From: a virus
Taxonomy: Duplodnaviria > Caudoviricetes
Length of the DNA stretch: 64,000 nt
Reading direction: 5' to 3' (one strand)
IMG/VR virus record: IMGVR_UViG_3300036770_003093
Coordinates: 54,244 to 118,243 of that record
Shown: positions 10,748 to 20,480 of the stretch, piece by piece
Numbering within the stretch: position 1 is the first letter of the stretch
Layout: every line of letters begins with the position of its first letter
Position numbers and translations under genes: made by a program
The notes under the pieces: model-generated
What the model saw: only the letters and a program-made list of their open reading frames with translations
Database searches by the model: none
What the model was told of the DNA's origin: nothing

Positions 10748-11554
10748 TTATGATAGATGTTTGATTATATCTACGACTTCTCTTTTCAAATAGGGTACAT
10801 TTATTACGTTAACTCTTTTGACAATAAAGTCTCCGCGCTCATCTTGATGATAAATTGGGTTACCATACTTATCCTCAGCTTTCTGTTCAAACTCAATATG
10901 GTGAATCTGCATGTTACCTGGTTTATATCTTGGATTATGCTTCAAGATAATATACATGTAAATACTGAGTTGTAATGCATAATGATTAAAGTTACAATCA
11001 TCTAGATGACCCAAAGGTTTCTGCATCTTCTTGGTTACACCCTCCCAAGTTTTAAAACCCTCGCGCTTAATCTCCTTGTTTGTCTTATAGTCAATGATGT
11101 TAACCTTTGAGTTAACCACCTCAATTCTATCAGCCTGGCCGCATATACCTGCTGATTTAAGATAAACAAAGTGCTCTGGGTAAATACCCTCAACAAGATT
11201 TTGATCGGGTGCATGCTTGATACCATCAAACTCAATAGGCTTGACAATCTGTAGTTGTCTACCCTCTAGTGTAATGTTATCACATGCGTATAGGTCATTC
11301 TCTCTTTGTTGGTGGTAGAAGGTGCCCATGGACATCGCGCGATCAGATTCATTTTTCCAAATCTGTTGAATCTCAGCTGGCGCCATACCATACCACTTAG
11401 ACCTCTTGTTTTGAGAAGACTTCTTTGATTGAGCCACAGGATCAAATGGCTCTTTGAACTTGCTAATAACTGATGTTACACTAGTCCACTGAATGTTTTC
11501 GTTTTCATTAGTCGAAAGGTAGGTGTGTGTCTCCGGGATAAATTTGACTGCCAT
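10748..11554 (-). CDS. PD-(D/E)XK (Cas4-like) exonuclease
   Basis: GTFYH, CGQADRI, IIDYKTN and HYALQLSIY motifs; start placed at MAVKF. Confidence 0.85.
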   Translation of the reverse strand: MAVKFIPETHTYLSTNENENIQWTSVTSVISKFKEPFDPVAQSKKSSQNKRSKWYGMAPAEIQQIWKNESDRAMSMGTFYHQQRENDLYACDNITLEGRQLQIVKPIEFDGIKHAPDQNLVEGIYPEHFVYLKSAGICGQADRIEVVNSKVNIIDYKTNKEIKREGFKTWEGVTKKMQKPLGHLDDCNFNHYALQLSIYMYIILKHNPRYKPGNMQIHHIEFEQKAEDKYGNPIYHQDERGDFIVKRVNVINVPYLKREVVDIIKHLS

Positions 11555-11729
11555 GATTAAGATTAATTGAGTTGTCGTTTGAGTTGAAACATTCCACATA
11601 TCTTGGTGGTAAACCATTTAACTCGCTGATTATGCGAGTGCCTTTGCATGTGGGGCAAATAGCATCTGATGAAACAGGGTTTGAAAATAAACCTGTACCA
11701 TTACAAATAGGGCATTTTTGATAAGACAT
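11508..11729 (-). CDS. Small DnaJ-type Zn-finger protein
   Basis: CPICNGTG...CPTCKGT. Confidence 0.7.
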   Translation of the reverse strand: MSYQKCPICNGTGLFSNPVSSDAICPTCKGTRIISELNGLPPRYVECFNSNDNSINLNHGSQIYPGDTHLPFD

Positions 11730-12049
11730 TAGTATTCTAGATTAAGATCGTTTTTAACTTGTTCTTCTGTTTCTTCATCTGTTAGTGCATCCCAGCGATT
11801 ATCATCGCAGGCACTAGACAAAGAACGCGTTTTCCATTTAAGATTACAACCACATAGCCCACAACAAGGTTGCGTGCCGGGCATTAAACAAGATGCACCC
11901 TCTCTATCAATGTGGGGACACTTGTTACAAATAGCCATGCGTACATCAGCTACTTGCTCAATAGATTCTTTGGTAATAATAGAGTTCTTAATACCCTCAA
12001 GAATCTTTTTTTTGTTCTTCCAAATCTTTAATATATCTGTTTTTTTCAT
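11729..12049 (-). CDS. Cys-rich Zn-binding protein
   Basis: RMAICNKC...CGLCGCNLKWKTRSLSSAC...W. Confidence 0.7.
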   Translation of the reverse strand: MKKTDILKIWKNKKKILEGIKNSIITKESIEQVADVRMAICNKCPHIDREGASCLMPGTQPCCGLCGCNLKWKTRSLSSACDDNRWDALTDEETEEQVKNDLNLEY

Positions 12050-12395
12050 CGTAAAAAGATTTCATGCGTTGTTTATCTTCTATAACCTGCTGTAGAGCAC
12101 GCTCAAGATCTACTAGTTCTTCTTCACAAATTTTTACAAGCTTGTAGTTTTGCATGGTATCACGCCGGGAATGCTCAATGATATTCTTATGAGTATCTAT
12201 CTTCTTCCTTACAGCGTTTTCTTTTAAGTTAAACTTACCAAGACCTTCTACAATAATTTGTTTGTACTTAAGACCAGTCAGAGCTTGACGTAACTCTTTA
12301 TAGTAAAAGTCTACTATTCGTGTAAGATCTGCTTCAGATATACCCATATCATCAGCAATCTCAGGAATAAATGACTTAAACTTATGAGGGGTCAT
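11997..12395 (-). CDS. HU/IHF-like DNA-binding protein
   Basis: Two N-terminal helices followed by IIVEGLGKFNL; IHF-like genes are typical of crAss-like phages. Confidence 0.65.
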   Translation of the reverse strand: MTPHKFKSFIPEIADDMGISEADLTRIVDFYYKELRQALTGLKYKQIIVEGLGKFNLKENAVRKKIDTHKNIIEHSRRDTMQNYKLVKICEEELVDLERALQQVIEDKQRMKSFYDEKNRYIKDLEEQKKDS

Positions 12396-12744
12396 GAGAT
12401 AACATTTTGATGTCTAAAAACACAGGATGTTGTATAACAACCTTTATTTCAGGATTTACGTAAATAGTCCTAGACTTCTTACGTTTAAGAACCAGATTCT
12501 TTGTCTGCAGTTTTACCACCAGGTTTCTTACAGATTGGGGGTTTGAGAGAATCTCGTGATTGACAATGTGGTCACAAAACGGGATCAACTCAAACTCCCC
12601 CAAAACTGCAAGATGTGATAAACATTCAATTTCAGTCTCAGTAATTTTTACACCATTAACTAAGCAATGATGCCAAAACTGATACTTAATGATATCAGCC
12701 AAATTTAATCTAGTTCTTTTTTGAACTTGATTAACTATAGCCAT
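12382..12744 (-). CDS. Putative winged-HTH protein
   Basis: ITETEIECLSHL...SVRNLVVKLQTKNLV...IYVNP pattern. Confidence 0.55.
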   Translation of the reverse strand: MAIVNQVQKRTRLNLADIIKYQFWHHCLVNGVKITETEIECLSHLAVLGEFELIPFCDHIVNHEILSNPQSVRNLVVKLQTKNLVLKRKKSRTIYVNPEIKVVIQHPVFLDIKMLSHDPS

Positions 12745-12745
12745 C

Positions 12746-13000
12746 TTAAGACTTTTTTAAATTACGAGACTTAGAACTAGGTTCTGGTGAAGGCTCTTCT
12801 TCAGGATCTGGCGCCATATATTGGGCTACCTTAACCTGAATCATAAACCGGTTAGCACGAGCTTCCTCAATTTTTGTAAGCAGTTCTTCATACTCTAGCT
12901 GCCTCTTTAAAAAGGGAATGGTTTCTTTGTAATGAGCACTTAGCTCCTCACGCCGGCGAACTAGTTCTTCAGGACTGATGTTTTCTTGTTGGTTTTCCAT
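12746..13000 (-). CDS. Hypothetical coiled-coil protein
   Basis: ORF starting MENQQ, downstream of a TATATTTG element at 13017-13024. Confidence 0.7.
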   Translation of the reverse strand: MENQQENISPEELVRRREELSAHYKETIPFLKRQLEYEELLTKIEEARANRFMIQVKVAQYMAPDPEEEPSPEPSSKSRNLKKS

Positions 13001-13051
13001 ATCATTAAAGTTTACACAAATATACAAAAAATGTTTAAAGTGTACAAAAAG

Positions 13052-13080
13052 AAAACCCCGCAGTAAAAACTACGGGGCTC
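13052..13080 (-). terminator. Terminator after lysis genes
   Basis: Minus strand ccccgtag/ctgcgggg hairpin followed by ttttctttt. Confidence 0.7.
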
Positions 13081-13103
13081 TGTAACCAATTAAACACCTC
13101 ACT

Positions 13104-13523
13104 TTATGAGACACCAAATATAATAATTAAAACAACTAGTAAGCCACCTATTACGCTACCAATAGCTGTTCTTTTTTTGATCTTTCTCTCTAGCTTAGTA
13201 ATGTTTTCTTCTTTAGTGCTGATTATCTGTGTGTATACACTGTCTTTCTTGTTAATAAGAGAATCCTTGACCCCAAGTGTAGTTTGTAACTTTTTGTTAA
13301 TCACGATCAAATCCTGGCAGTTTCCTGCTACCTTTTCAAGACTATCTACTTGTATCTGGGCATATTCATGCTTTAGATAAAGCACATTTAGGTTACGCTG
13401 TTGCTGCTTAGTTATAGCGATAACTGTATCACTTTCCAGCACTAAAATCCTGGGATATCCAACCTGTGAAAAACACAAAGGAGGCAGAATCGCTAAGATT
13501 AGACACATAATGAATTTTTTCAT
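13104..13523 (-). CDS. Putative spanin-like lysis protein
   Basis: Signal peptide, coiled coil and C-terminal TM helix; overlaps the upstream spanin-like gene. Confidence 0.5.
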   Translation of the reverse strand: MKKFIMCLILAILPPLCFSQVGYPRILVLESDTVIAITKQQQRNLNVLYLKHEYAQIQVDSLEKVAGNCQDLIVINKKLQTTLGVKDSLINKKDSVYTQIISTKEENITKLERKIKKRTAIGSVIGGLLVVLIIIFGVS

Positions 13524-13788
13524 CACGCTGCTTTTTGATTTGTTTGACATTTGTAAGAGTTACATTTACCTGGTTTGAGATTTTATCAGCTTGCACATTT
13601 AAAGTTTTAATCTGATAATTTGTAGAATCAATCTTCTTACCAAGATTATAAACCTCCATCTCTAATTTTGTTGTAGAGATTTGCTCTTCATCTTCAGTAA
13701 GGTACCGGTCAAACATAAAGAATATGAGCATACCTATGCCAGCTAGACTAGCATAGCGCACAATTCTATCAAACTGCTCCAGGCTCAT
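13429..13788 (-). CDS. Putative i-spanin
   Basis: N-terminal TM helix plus coiled coil, immediately after the holin. Confidence 0.5.
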   Translation of the reverse strand: MSLEQFDRIVRYASLAGIGMLIFFMFDRYLTEDEEQISTTKLEMEVYNLGKKIDSTNYQIKTLNVQADKISNQVNVTLTNVKQIKKQRDEKIHYVSNLSDSASFVFFTGWISQDFSAGK

Positions 13789-14245
13789 TGTCTCTATGTT
13801 TTTTTAGGTTGATGATTACACCTATAGTTTTCTTAATGCTTCTAACAAACTCAAATATTCTTTCAGTAATACCTTTTCCAGTTTGCCATCTTACTTTTTC
13901 ATCAACAGAACTGTACTCTATCCAGATTATAAACAAAGCAGTGAATAGTGTAGATAGATATTCTTTAGGAAAGTACATCATCACAAAATCATTAAGGACC
14001 CAGCTATCTAACATAAAGATAAACGTGAGTCCTCCGCCGTATGTAAACATCTTGTTTACAAAACCTTTTCTTGTGATTTCACTAAGTACCTCTTTACCTT
14101 GTTTTTTCGCGTACCATCTTCCTGCAAAAGTATCTGCTACAACAGCAAAGAATACTAAAAGTAATAGTGGTACTAGTGGCATGAAGAATGTTATTACCAC
14201 TGATATATATGAAAGTAGAGTTGCTTTAAGATTTAGCTTTTCCAT
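13769..14245 (-). CDS. Holin-like membrane protein
   Basis: About three TM helices; ADTFAG and IEYSSVDE motifs resemble the phage holin_4_1 type. Confidence 0.7.
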   Translation of the reverse strand: MEKLNLKATLLSYISVVITFFMPLVPLLLLVFFAVVADTFAGRWYAKKQGKEVLSEITRKGFVNKMFTYGGGLTFIFMLDSWVLNDFVMMYFPKEYLSTLFTALFIIWIEYSSVDEKVRWQTGKGITERIFEFVRSIKKTIGVIINLKKHRDNEPGAV

Positions 14246-14287
14246 TTTGTTCTTGTTATCTTATAATATACAAATTATTCTTGGGTA

Positions 14288-15469
14288 TTACAAGAATGCA
14301 GCTAGCTGGGCGCCGGTGCTTTGAACAGTAGATGCATCTTTTAGTCTCTCTCCAATACTATTAGGTGTAGTAATACTTGCTAGTGGTACATTCCAGATGT
14401 CTGTAGGATTTAAATATGCTGTTCCTGTAGTATTATCAACAGGTACACCAAGGCTTACCGTATTTGCAGGTGGCACAGCGCATGTACCTGTTAGGTTATT
14501 TGTAGGGCCGTAAACAATACCAGTTCTTACGTTGTTGGTTGCAGGATGCCCAGTTGCAACGCCGGGGGTGTATAGGGTGTTGGTAGTTAGGTTTGATTTT
14601 CTGAACTCCCAAGAATTTACATTTTCAATAAATACAAAGTTTATAACTGTTGCCATTAGGCCATTTGATGCATTAAAAATATCGCCATACATATAAAGTG
14701 TAAGACCGCCAGCAACGCCGTATGAATTTGTATTTGCAGATAGCGAACCAGTTATTGTAACATTTGCAGTCCCCGATGACCTTATTGCTGTGCATGGATT
14801 TCCCAAATTATTCGATATGCCAGCCGTTACGTTTCCAATTATATTAACTGTATGGCTATTCCCTTGAAGCCCTATTCCAAAATTTGCGATGCCGCTGCCT
14901 CCAAAAACATTCCCAGCTATGTTGATAGTATTGCTATTTAAACCCTCAATACCATTTCCCAACCCAGCTGCACCTCCTGAACCAGCTTGCGTTCCACCAT
15001 ATACATCGCCAGTTAAATTTAAAGTTGCTGCGTTTGCAAGTTCTATACCCCTATAAGCTGTTGTTGTTACATTCCCAACAAAATTTAAAGTTGCACTTGA
15101 TGTTAATCTAACTCCAGCATTGAAGAGACTTCCTGATGTTACAACCAAATTACCATTTATGTTTACAATGTTTGGGAAAGATGCAGTTACTGATATTAAA
15201 TTATTGCCACTTGCATGAAACAAATCAGCATTTACCGTTCTTGATGTTGAAATAACACCAGCACCCCCAGCCGTTACTCCTGTTGCGCTGTTGTTTCTAA
15301 TCTGTAAAACCGTAACATCAACATCCATTTGCACGGTGAAATTGTTGAAATACACAACATCACTCGCCCCCGGCAACACCGTAGATGCGACATAGCTACC
15401 AGTCGAATCGTCTTGCCAAGTAGCCAATGCCGACCAGTTGCCGTTGGCTACCGCTTTGTAATTAGCCAT
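14288..15469 (-). CDS. Gly/Asn/Thr-rich beta-solenoid virion protein (fibre/spike-like)
   Basis: Repetitive NxxGNVxG units; ANGNWSALATW N-terminus. Confidence 0.55.
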   Translation of the reverse strand: MANYKAVANGNWSALATWQDDSTGSYVASTVLPGASDVVYFNNFTVQMDVDVTVLQIRNNSATGVTAGGAGVISTSRTVNADLFHASGNNLISVTASFPNIVNINGNLVVTSGSLFNAGVRLTSSATLNFVGNVTTTAYRGIELANAATLNLTGDVYGGTQAGSGGAAGLGNGIEGLNSNTINIAGNVFGGSGIANFGIGLQGNSHTVNIIGNVTAGISNNLGNPCTAIRSSGTANVTITGSLSANTNSYGVAGGLTLYMYGDIFNASNGLMATVINFVFIENVNSWEFRKSNLTTNTLYTPGVATGHPATNNVRTGIVYGPTNNLTGTCAVPPANTVSLGVPVDNTTGTAYLNPTDIWNVPLASITTPNSIGERLKDASTVQSTGAQLAAFL

Positions 15470-15471
15470 GA

Positions 15472-15765
15472 TTAAAGACCTTTTGCGTTAATATACTCTT
15501 GAACTGCCTCAGTAATCTTAGCAAATGCTTTTAATGCATCTGCATCACCTGAAGTAGTAACATCACCATATACAACAGGAACGTCATATTGTGATGGATC
15601 TTCAGGTCTAATTACATTTCCATTTTCATCATGGGTGTAATACTGCAATCTAATGGCTACAGTTTGCCCAATTTCAGCTTCTCTGAACAATGGCATTGAT
15701 GAAAGAGATGCTGCTACCTTGTTGTAGGTAACATCATCTACTGTAATAGGTTTATTTGTGTTCAT
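15472..15765 (-). CDS. Hypothetical protein
   Basis: 97-aa ORF within the operon. Confidence 0.65.
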   Translation of the reverse strand: MNTNKPITVDDVTYNKVAASLSSMPLFREAEIGQTVAIRLQYYTHDENGNVIRPEDPSQYDVPVVYGDVTTSGDADALKAFAKITEAVQEYINAKGL

Positions 15766-15770
15766 AGTTT

Positions 15771-16304
15771 TTAAGTATAAGGTACAATATATCTGTCATC
15801 CCAGGCAACATTGTTAGCATTCAACACAGTTGTTGAGCCATCATTGTTTACCTGTATTCTTTTTATATCCCAATAGGGATCGCTTGTTGATACACCAATT
15901 GGTGCCACCCCGCAATAACTATAGGGACTTACCCAGTCACTTTCTGTTTGTAAGAGAAGCTGCCCCGGGGAATAAGTTGCCGTTAATCTATTCGTCCAAG
16001 CTACATTATAAGCTGACGAAAATATAACGTCTCCTGTATTTGTAATCTCTAGTCTATCAATCTGCCATACAGGATCTGTTTCTTGTGCTCCCGTGGGCGC
16101 GGTGCCACAATATGAATATGGAGCAACCCAATCATGGCGATATTCACCAACTACAGGAATGCCTCCACCACCACCAGATACAGGTTTGTAAGTACCATCA
16201 TCGGCCAAATACATGTTTCCACCACCACCTTTTGTGATGATTTCTAACACATCCCAGTTAAAATGAACGTGCTCTTTTACTCTATTGGCCCAGGTTTGTT
16301 TCAC
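15771..16304 (-). CDS. Hypothetical structural protein with a tandem duplicated domain
   Basis: Two copies of DWVxPYSYCGxAPxG...DPxWxIxR...NVAW. Confidence 0.65.
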   Translation of the reverse strand: MKQTWANRVKEHVHFNWDVLEIITKGGGGNMYLADDGTYKPVSGGGGGIPVVGEYRHDWVAPYSYCGTAPTGAQETDPVWQIDRLEITNTGDVIFSSAYNVAWTNRLTATYSPGQLLLQTESDWVSPYSYCGVAPIGVSTSDPYWDIKRIQVNNDGSTTVLNANNVAWDDRYIVPYT

Positions 16305-16813
16305 AATCTTACGTACTCTGTACCGGGGATAAAATCTTTAGCATTATAACGACGAAGTAACTCTTTGTTAGATAAGCCAAAGGTTTTTTCAAAGTGAGGT
16401 CTATCTATAAATTTCCAATCACCACCCCATGCCCAACCATGAGCTTTGAAGATCTTTACTACCTCCATCCAGTCACTTACTTTATCGCCATCAAAGTCTT
16501 TCTTATAGTCCCATGATGCGTGTCTCTTATCAACAATAAGGCATATATCTAAAGCTAGACCATAGTTATGATAAGATTGGCCACCTTTAGCATTGGTTAC
16601 CTTACCAATGCGATTACCAAAACTATCAAACAAAACAGTTCTACCTTTAGCATAGAGCTCATCTTGCTCCTTGAAAGTGCGTAGAGTATAAGCAAAGCGA
16701 CATGTAGCGCGGCCAGATAACGCCGGTACTATCTCTTCAATGTATATTGCGCGTACCTCATCTCTAAGTTGAGGATGTAAATGCTCAATTCTTCCTAGTG
16801 TTACTGCATCCAT
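16301..16813 (-). CDS. Endolysin, M15 family (L-Ala-D-Glu peptidase-like)
   Basis: RTFKEQDELYAKGRT, SYHNYGLALD, WGGDW and DRPHFE motifs. Confidence 0.9.
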   Translation of the reverse strand: MDAVTLGRIEHLHPQLRDEVRAIYIEEIVPALSGRATCRFAYTLRTFKEQDELYAKGRTVLFDSFGNRIGKVTNAKGGQSYHNYGLALDICLIVDKRHASWDYKKDFDGDKVSDWMEVVKIFKAHGWAWGGDWKFIDRPHFEKTFGLSNKELLRRYNAKDFIPGTEYVRL

Positions 16814-16823
16814 TTTTTTGGTT

Positions 16824-17090
16824 TTAAGGATTGTTTTCTTCTATTGGTGAAACTGGTGGTACCCAAGGTATCATGGGCAAATCCTTCACCCACAAAAAAT
16901 CTTCGTTCACAGTCTGATCTACTTCCTCAACTGAGATAACCCAATTGCTCGGATCATTGCCATCTTCAACAGGATTAAAATAGCTGTCAGGGGCATACAT
17001 CTTCCCTGAAATCTCATCTTTCTGCTGAGTCGTAATTAAAGCTACAAACTGAGACTCCTGCCCAAGCGGTATTTCATTTCTTGCTATCAT
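16824..17090 (-). CDS. Hypothetical protein
   Basis: Coupled to the upstream gene; FNPVED...WVISVEE. Confidence 0.65.
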   Translation of the reverse strand: MIARNEIPLGQESQFVALITTQQKDEISGKMYAPDSYFNPVEDGNDPSNWVISVEEVDQTVNEDFLWVKDLPMIPWVPPVSPIEENNP

Positions 17091-17917
17091 ACTTGGCGGC
17101 CTAAAGTTGTTTGGAATGTTTGAACAATGTTGTATAAATTAAAGTTGTCAGCATCTGAAAGTCCTTGATTTTCAATGTATGCAAAAGCACACTGCTTTCC
17201 ACTATACTGTGCAAATCCATTTGCCACTAATATGTAAGCATTTGCAGAATCAAAAGATAAGAAAGAAAAAGAACTTGTTTGAACCCTAACTCCATTTTTG
17301 TAAGAAGCACCATTAGATGCTCCGAGCCCTGTCCTCGTAACAGTATAAAACCCTCTCCCATCAAGATTTGGACTTGTAAGCCAAGACGCCGAGCCTTCGT
17401 TTGCATAAAAGACATCATCTATATACCTCGGTATCACAATCAAACTTCTTGATCCATTCGTTACATTAATGCCCATCTCTCTACCACCCTGAATATTTGT
17501 TCTTGAGTAAAATCCCAATCCTCCTACCCCGGAAGAAAGCTCAGTACCAACATTAAACCAAGTGTTCGCATATCCGTTAATTGCATTCCCTTGAATCCCA
17601 AAAGCACTGTGGGTAACGCCTCCTAAAAATACAAGCCTGTATGCTGCGTTTGTGTCCGCAGGGTTTATAAGGTTAAACTTATGCGTAGTGGCTGTCCCCC
17701 CAACAAAAGGGTACATTGCTTTCATTTTAGTCCAAATACCGTAACTTTTCAGGTCTAAAACCAATGTGTCAATGGCTGCCGTTATAGTTGCATCAGTTAT
17801 GCCAGCCGCAGTTAAAAAAGCCTGAGCATCAGGATCTATTGATCCACCAGATACTGGCGGCTCAATACCCCTTACCTTGGAGCCAAGATACTTGCTTATG
17901 TTAATGCTATTGCCCAT
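17087..17917 (-). CDS. Putative virion protein (lectin/LamG-like beta fold)
   Basis: DPDAQAFLTAAGITD...FQTTLGRQV; the fold assignment is tentative. Confidence 0.55.
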   Translation of the reverse strand: MGNSINISKYLGSKVRGIEPPVSGGSIDPDAQAFLTAAGITDATITAAIDTLVLDLKSYGIWTKMKAMYPFVGGTATTHKFNLINPADTNAAYRLVFLGGVTHSAFGIQGNAINGYANTWFNVGTELSSGVGGLGFYSRTNIQGGREMGINVTNGSRSLIVIPRYIDDVFYANEGSASWLTSPNLDGRGFYTVTRTGLGASNGASYKNGVRVQTSSFSFLSFDSANAYILVANGFAQYSGKQCAFAYIENQGLSDADNFNLYNIVQTFQTTLGRQV

Positions 17918-18282
17918 TAGTAGGTATAGGTAATAATAAAGGTTGTACCGGTTGCGTTGTATGCAAAATGACTAGCTGGATATTTAGAGGCAGTTCCCGC
18001 ATCAAAGTTCAAAGTTACACCCGCAGGGAGACTAACATTACCACCACCATTTACATTCACAGTGCCCGGCGCGGCACCAGCATTATAAATAGATACAGAC
18101 TTAGTAGCTACAGTAATAGTACCAGAACCTGTTGATGACAACAAAGCACCAGTAGAACTACCTGTATTACTAACAAGTGTAGATAGTGAAGTAAATAAAG
18201 CTTGCAACCCCTCAAGTACCTTGAGCTGGTAGGGCATATTACTACCCTTTTGACCATATGTTTTTATATTACCTACAGACAT
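17917..18282 (-). CDS. Putative structural protein
   Basis: G/T/S-rich beta-type composition. Confidence 0.55.
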   Translation of the reverse strand: MSVGNIKTYGQKGSNMPYQLKVLEGLQALFTSLSTLVSNTGSSTGALLSSTGSGTITVATKSVSIYNAGAAPGTVNVNGGGNVSLPAGVTLNFDAGTASKYPASHFAYNATGTTFIITYTY

Positions 18283-18284
18283 GG

Positions 18285-18974
18285 TTAATATGTTTTAGTT
18301 AAAGTTACAATTTCAGTGTAAATAGAGTTTAATGGATCAGCAGCGCTCCATTGTGCGGTGATAGTCAGTGTGTTAAGCACTGTTGTATCAAAAGTTGTGT
18401 TGTTAACAACACTAAAATCTACCCCTTCATAAGCAGTAGAGGCATCCTTTATATAAGTAAACTGGCCACCGCTAGCAATACTAGCAACCCCAGCTGCACC
18501 AATAGCGCGAATAGTGAAATCCATGTTTAGTTCAAAATGCTGATTAGTCAACCCTGGCATGTTTATATTACCTGTATCAACCAATACTACACTTCCAGAT
18601 TTCACCCTTATACGCAGATCGTCATTGTTTTTAGAGGATAAATGGCCAATAACTGTTATATGGAAACTATCACCAACCATAAACACGTTTGCCGGCACAC
18701 TCAAGCTACCAACACCGGTACCCAGAATGTTTGTCTCAGTAGTAGTGTTTGTAACAGTTGGACCATTCACAGTTTGGCTAAACAATCCCCCGCCAGTAGC
18801 GACATTGAAGTTTATATAAGCCATGAAATCCTGCACGGTAATAATAGCGGGTCTATAATCACCATCATACTGATCATTTTTTACACCAATCATAAAAAGA
18901 TCAGAAGCCTCGGGCGCAGTGCGCCGGGCCCCTATCCTAATCAAATTGAATAAATTCAATAAATTGTTTAACAT
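18285..18974 (-). CDS. Putative structural protein
   Basis: T/V-rich beta-sandwich-like C-terminus. Confidence 0.55.
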   Translation of the reverse strand: MLNNLLNLFNLIRIGARRTAPEASDLFMIGVKNDQYDGDYRPAIITVQDFMAYINFNVATGGGLFSQTVNGPTVTNTTTETNILGTGVGSLSVPANVFMVGDSFHITVIGHLSSKNNDDLRIRVKSGSVVLVDTGNINMPGLTNQHFELNMDFTIRAIGAAGVASIASGGQFTYIKDASTAYEGVDFSVVNNTTFDTTVLNTLTITAQWSAADPLNSIYTEIVTLTKTY

Positions 18975-18976
18975 GC

Positions 18977-19117
18977 TTACCTGCCTTGACGGTTATACGG
19001 TTTCTTATAGTTCTTGCTAGTCTTTAGTCCACTAGACTTCTTCTTTGAATGCACACCAGGACGGCTAATCTTAACCTTCTCCTGCTTTACACCAGAATTT
19101 TCTTTTTTCGCTGCCAT
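18977..19117 (-). CDS. Small highly basic protein (46 aa)
   Basis: Below the ORF-track cut-off: MAAKKENSGVKQEKVKISRPGVHSKKKSSGLKTSKNYKKPYNRQGR; fills the gap between its neighbours. Confidence 0.7.
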   Translation of the reverse strand: MAAKKENSGVKQEKVKISRPGVHSKKKSSGLKTSKNYKKPYNRQGR

Positions 19118-19155
19118 TTTTGTACGATTATACCTCTTAATATAACCATTATTCC

Positions 19156-19488
19156 CTACTTATCCAAACTACCACCATCACGCTTCAATAAAAAGTCGCG
19201 GATCTCCACACAAATCTCATACTCCTCAGTATACTCATAATATCCCAACATGTCCTGAATAATCTCGTCAGTAATACCCACAGCAGGGTCGTGCCCTATA
19301 AACAACACCATGTTCTCCCTCTGAGCACGCTCTAATAACTCCTCATAACTAACAACACCAAACAATATCTTCCTGGTATTATTATAACCAACAGATATCA
19401 TCACATCCTCAAAATTCTCGGCGTCAAACTTGACCCCACGCATACCATCACCATCACCATCTAAATAATAAGCATGTTCACTTCTCAT
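19156..19488 (-). CDS. Hypothetical acidic protein, first gene of the minus-strand block
   Basis: 110-aa ORF with an EEYEICVEIRD (UVR-like) C-terminus. Confidence 0.65.
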   Translation of the reverse strand: MRSEHAYYLDGDGDGMRGVKFDAENFEDVMISVGYNNTRKILFGVVSYEELLERAQRENMVLFIGHDPAVGITDEIIQDMLGYYEYTEEYEICVEIRDFLLKRDGGSLDK

Positions 19489-19592
19489 ATTACTAATATA
19501 AACAAAAATAACAATACCCCCGGGTACCTACACATTTTTACCCACCCCCCACCATATTAGGGATATACAATATAAGATAATAGACAGTGTGA

Positions 19593-19800
19593 GGGGGGCT
19601 CCATAAAACGAGCCCCCGCCGTGCACGCGCGGGTGGCCACCCCCTATGCTGCGCGTGCTACGGCGCAAGCCACCGCGCACACCAACAAAAGTTTTTTTTC
19701 CAAGGGAAAAACTTTTGTTGTTGTCATGCTGTGCTGTGCATGCTGTGCATGCACATGCGTTGCTAGTCATGTCATGCATGCTGTGCATGCATTGCATTGC
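19593..19800. repeat. Palindrome cluster and CATG/TGCA low-complexity array at the strand switch
   Basis: gggggctc/gagccccc, gcacgcgc/gcgcgtgc, gggtggccaccc and caacaaaagtttt/aaaacttttgttg; 8 CATG within 19723-19800. Confidence 0.8.
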
Positions 19801-19855
19801 TACGAAGGTTCTGTATGTACATTCATTTAATTACTTAACTAATACCCCTTGTCAT

Positions 19856-20044
19856 ATGAAAAATGCCAATTATCGTGTTGATCTGTTCTTTGTAAAGAAC
19901 GACAACAGCCAAGAGCTTACGCAAATGCAAACGCGTTTGAATCAATGGATTACCGCAGGTTCTCTGTTGAAATTCGATATTACCGCTTGCGGCGATACGC
20001 TCTTGTTCCGCGTTCTTCGCAAGAAAGATACTGGTGCTGCATAA
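19856..20044 (+). CDS. Early hypothetical protein (62 aa)
   Basis: ATG 38 nt after the start of the motif. Confidence 0.7.
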   Translation: MKNANYRVDLFFVKNDNSQELTQMQTRLNQWITAGSLLKFDITACGDTLLFRVLRKKDTGAA

Positions 20045-20103
20045 GCACCAGTATTTTTTTCGGCGATACATTCATTTAATCCCTTAACTAAATACTTTAT
20101 CTT

Positions 20104-20400
20104 ATGAAAAACACTTCATTTGGCTTTTACGAGACAGCCTTTGGCATCGCCTTACACCTTATTTATAAGGATCAGGCTGACGCAGAGCGCCTATTGCCTT
20201 GGCTTGATAGGGCAAGCATTTATCCAGGCAAGAATGGCTGGCATATTTGCGGATTGCTTTACGGCGATTTTCGCGACACCGCTTTACGCGAAGCCATTGC
20301 TGATATCAAAATCGCTAAACTTCAGCGAGAGATTGACGCTATTAAAGGCCGCATTTACGGCGGTACTTTGCCACCACTCGCTGATGACTTGCCCTATTAA
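20104..20400 (+). CDS. Early hypothetical protein
   Basis: Follows the motif; ends before a terminator hairpin at 20408-20435. Confidence 0.7.
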   Translation: MKNTSFGFYETAFGIALHLIYKDQADAERLLPWLDRASIYPGKNGWHICGLLYGDFRDTALREAIADIKIAKLQREIDAIKGRIYGGTLPPLADDLPY

Positions 20401-20480
20401 CAGAAATAACCCGCGTAAAAGCGGGTTTTTCTTTTCTGCAATACATTCATTTAGTTAATTAACTATAAACACTTTATCTT

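Noticed and set aside
10748-11554. CRISPR-Cas system suggested by the Cas4-like nuclease and the repeats
   Set aside because: There is no regular repeat-spacer array and no other cas gene; solo PD-(D/E)XK nucleases are common in phages.
19528-19855. Cys/His/Met-rich ORFs over the CATG array
   Set aside because: They are by-products of low-complexity palindromic DNA on both strands.
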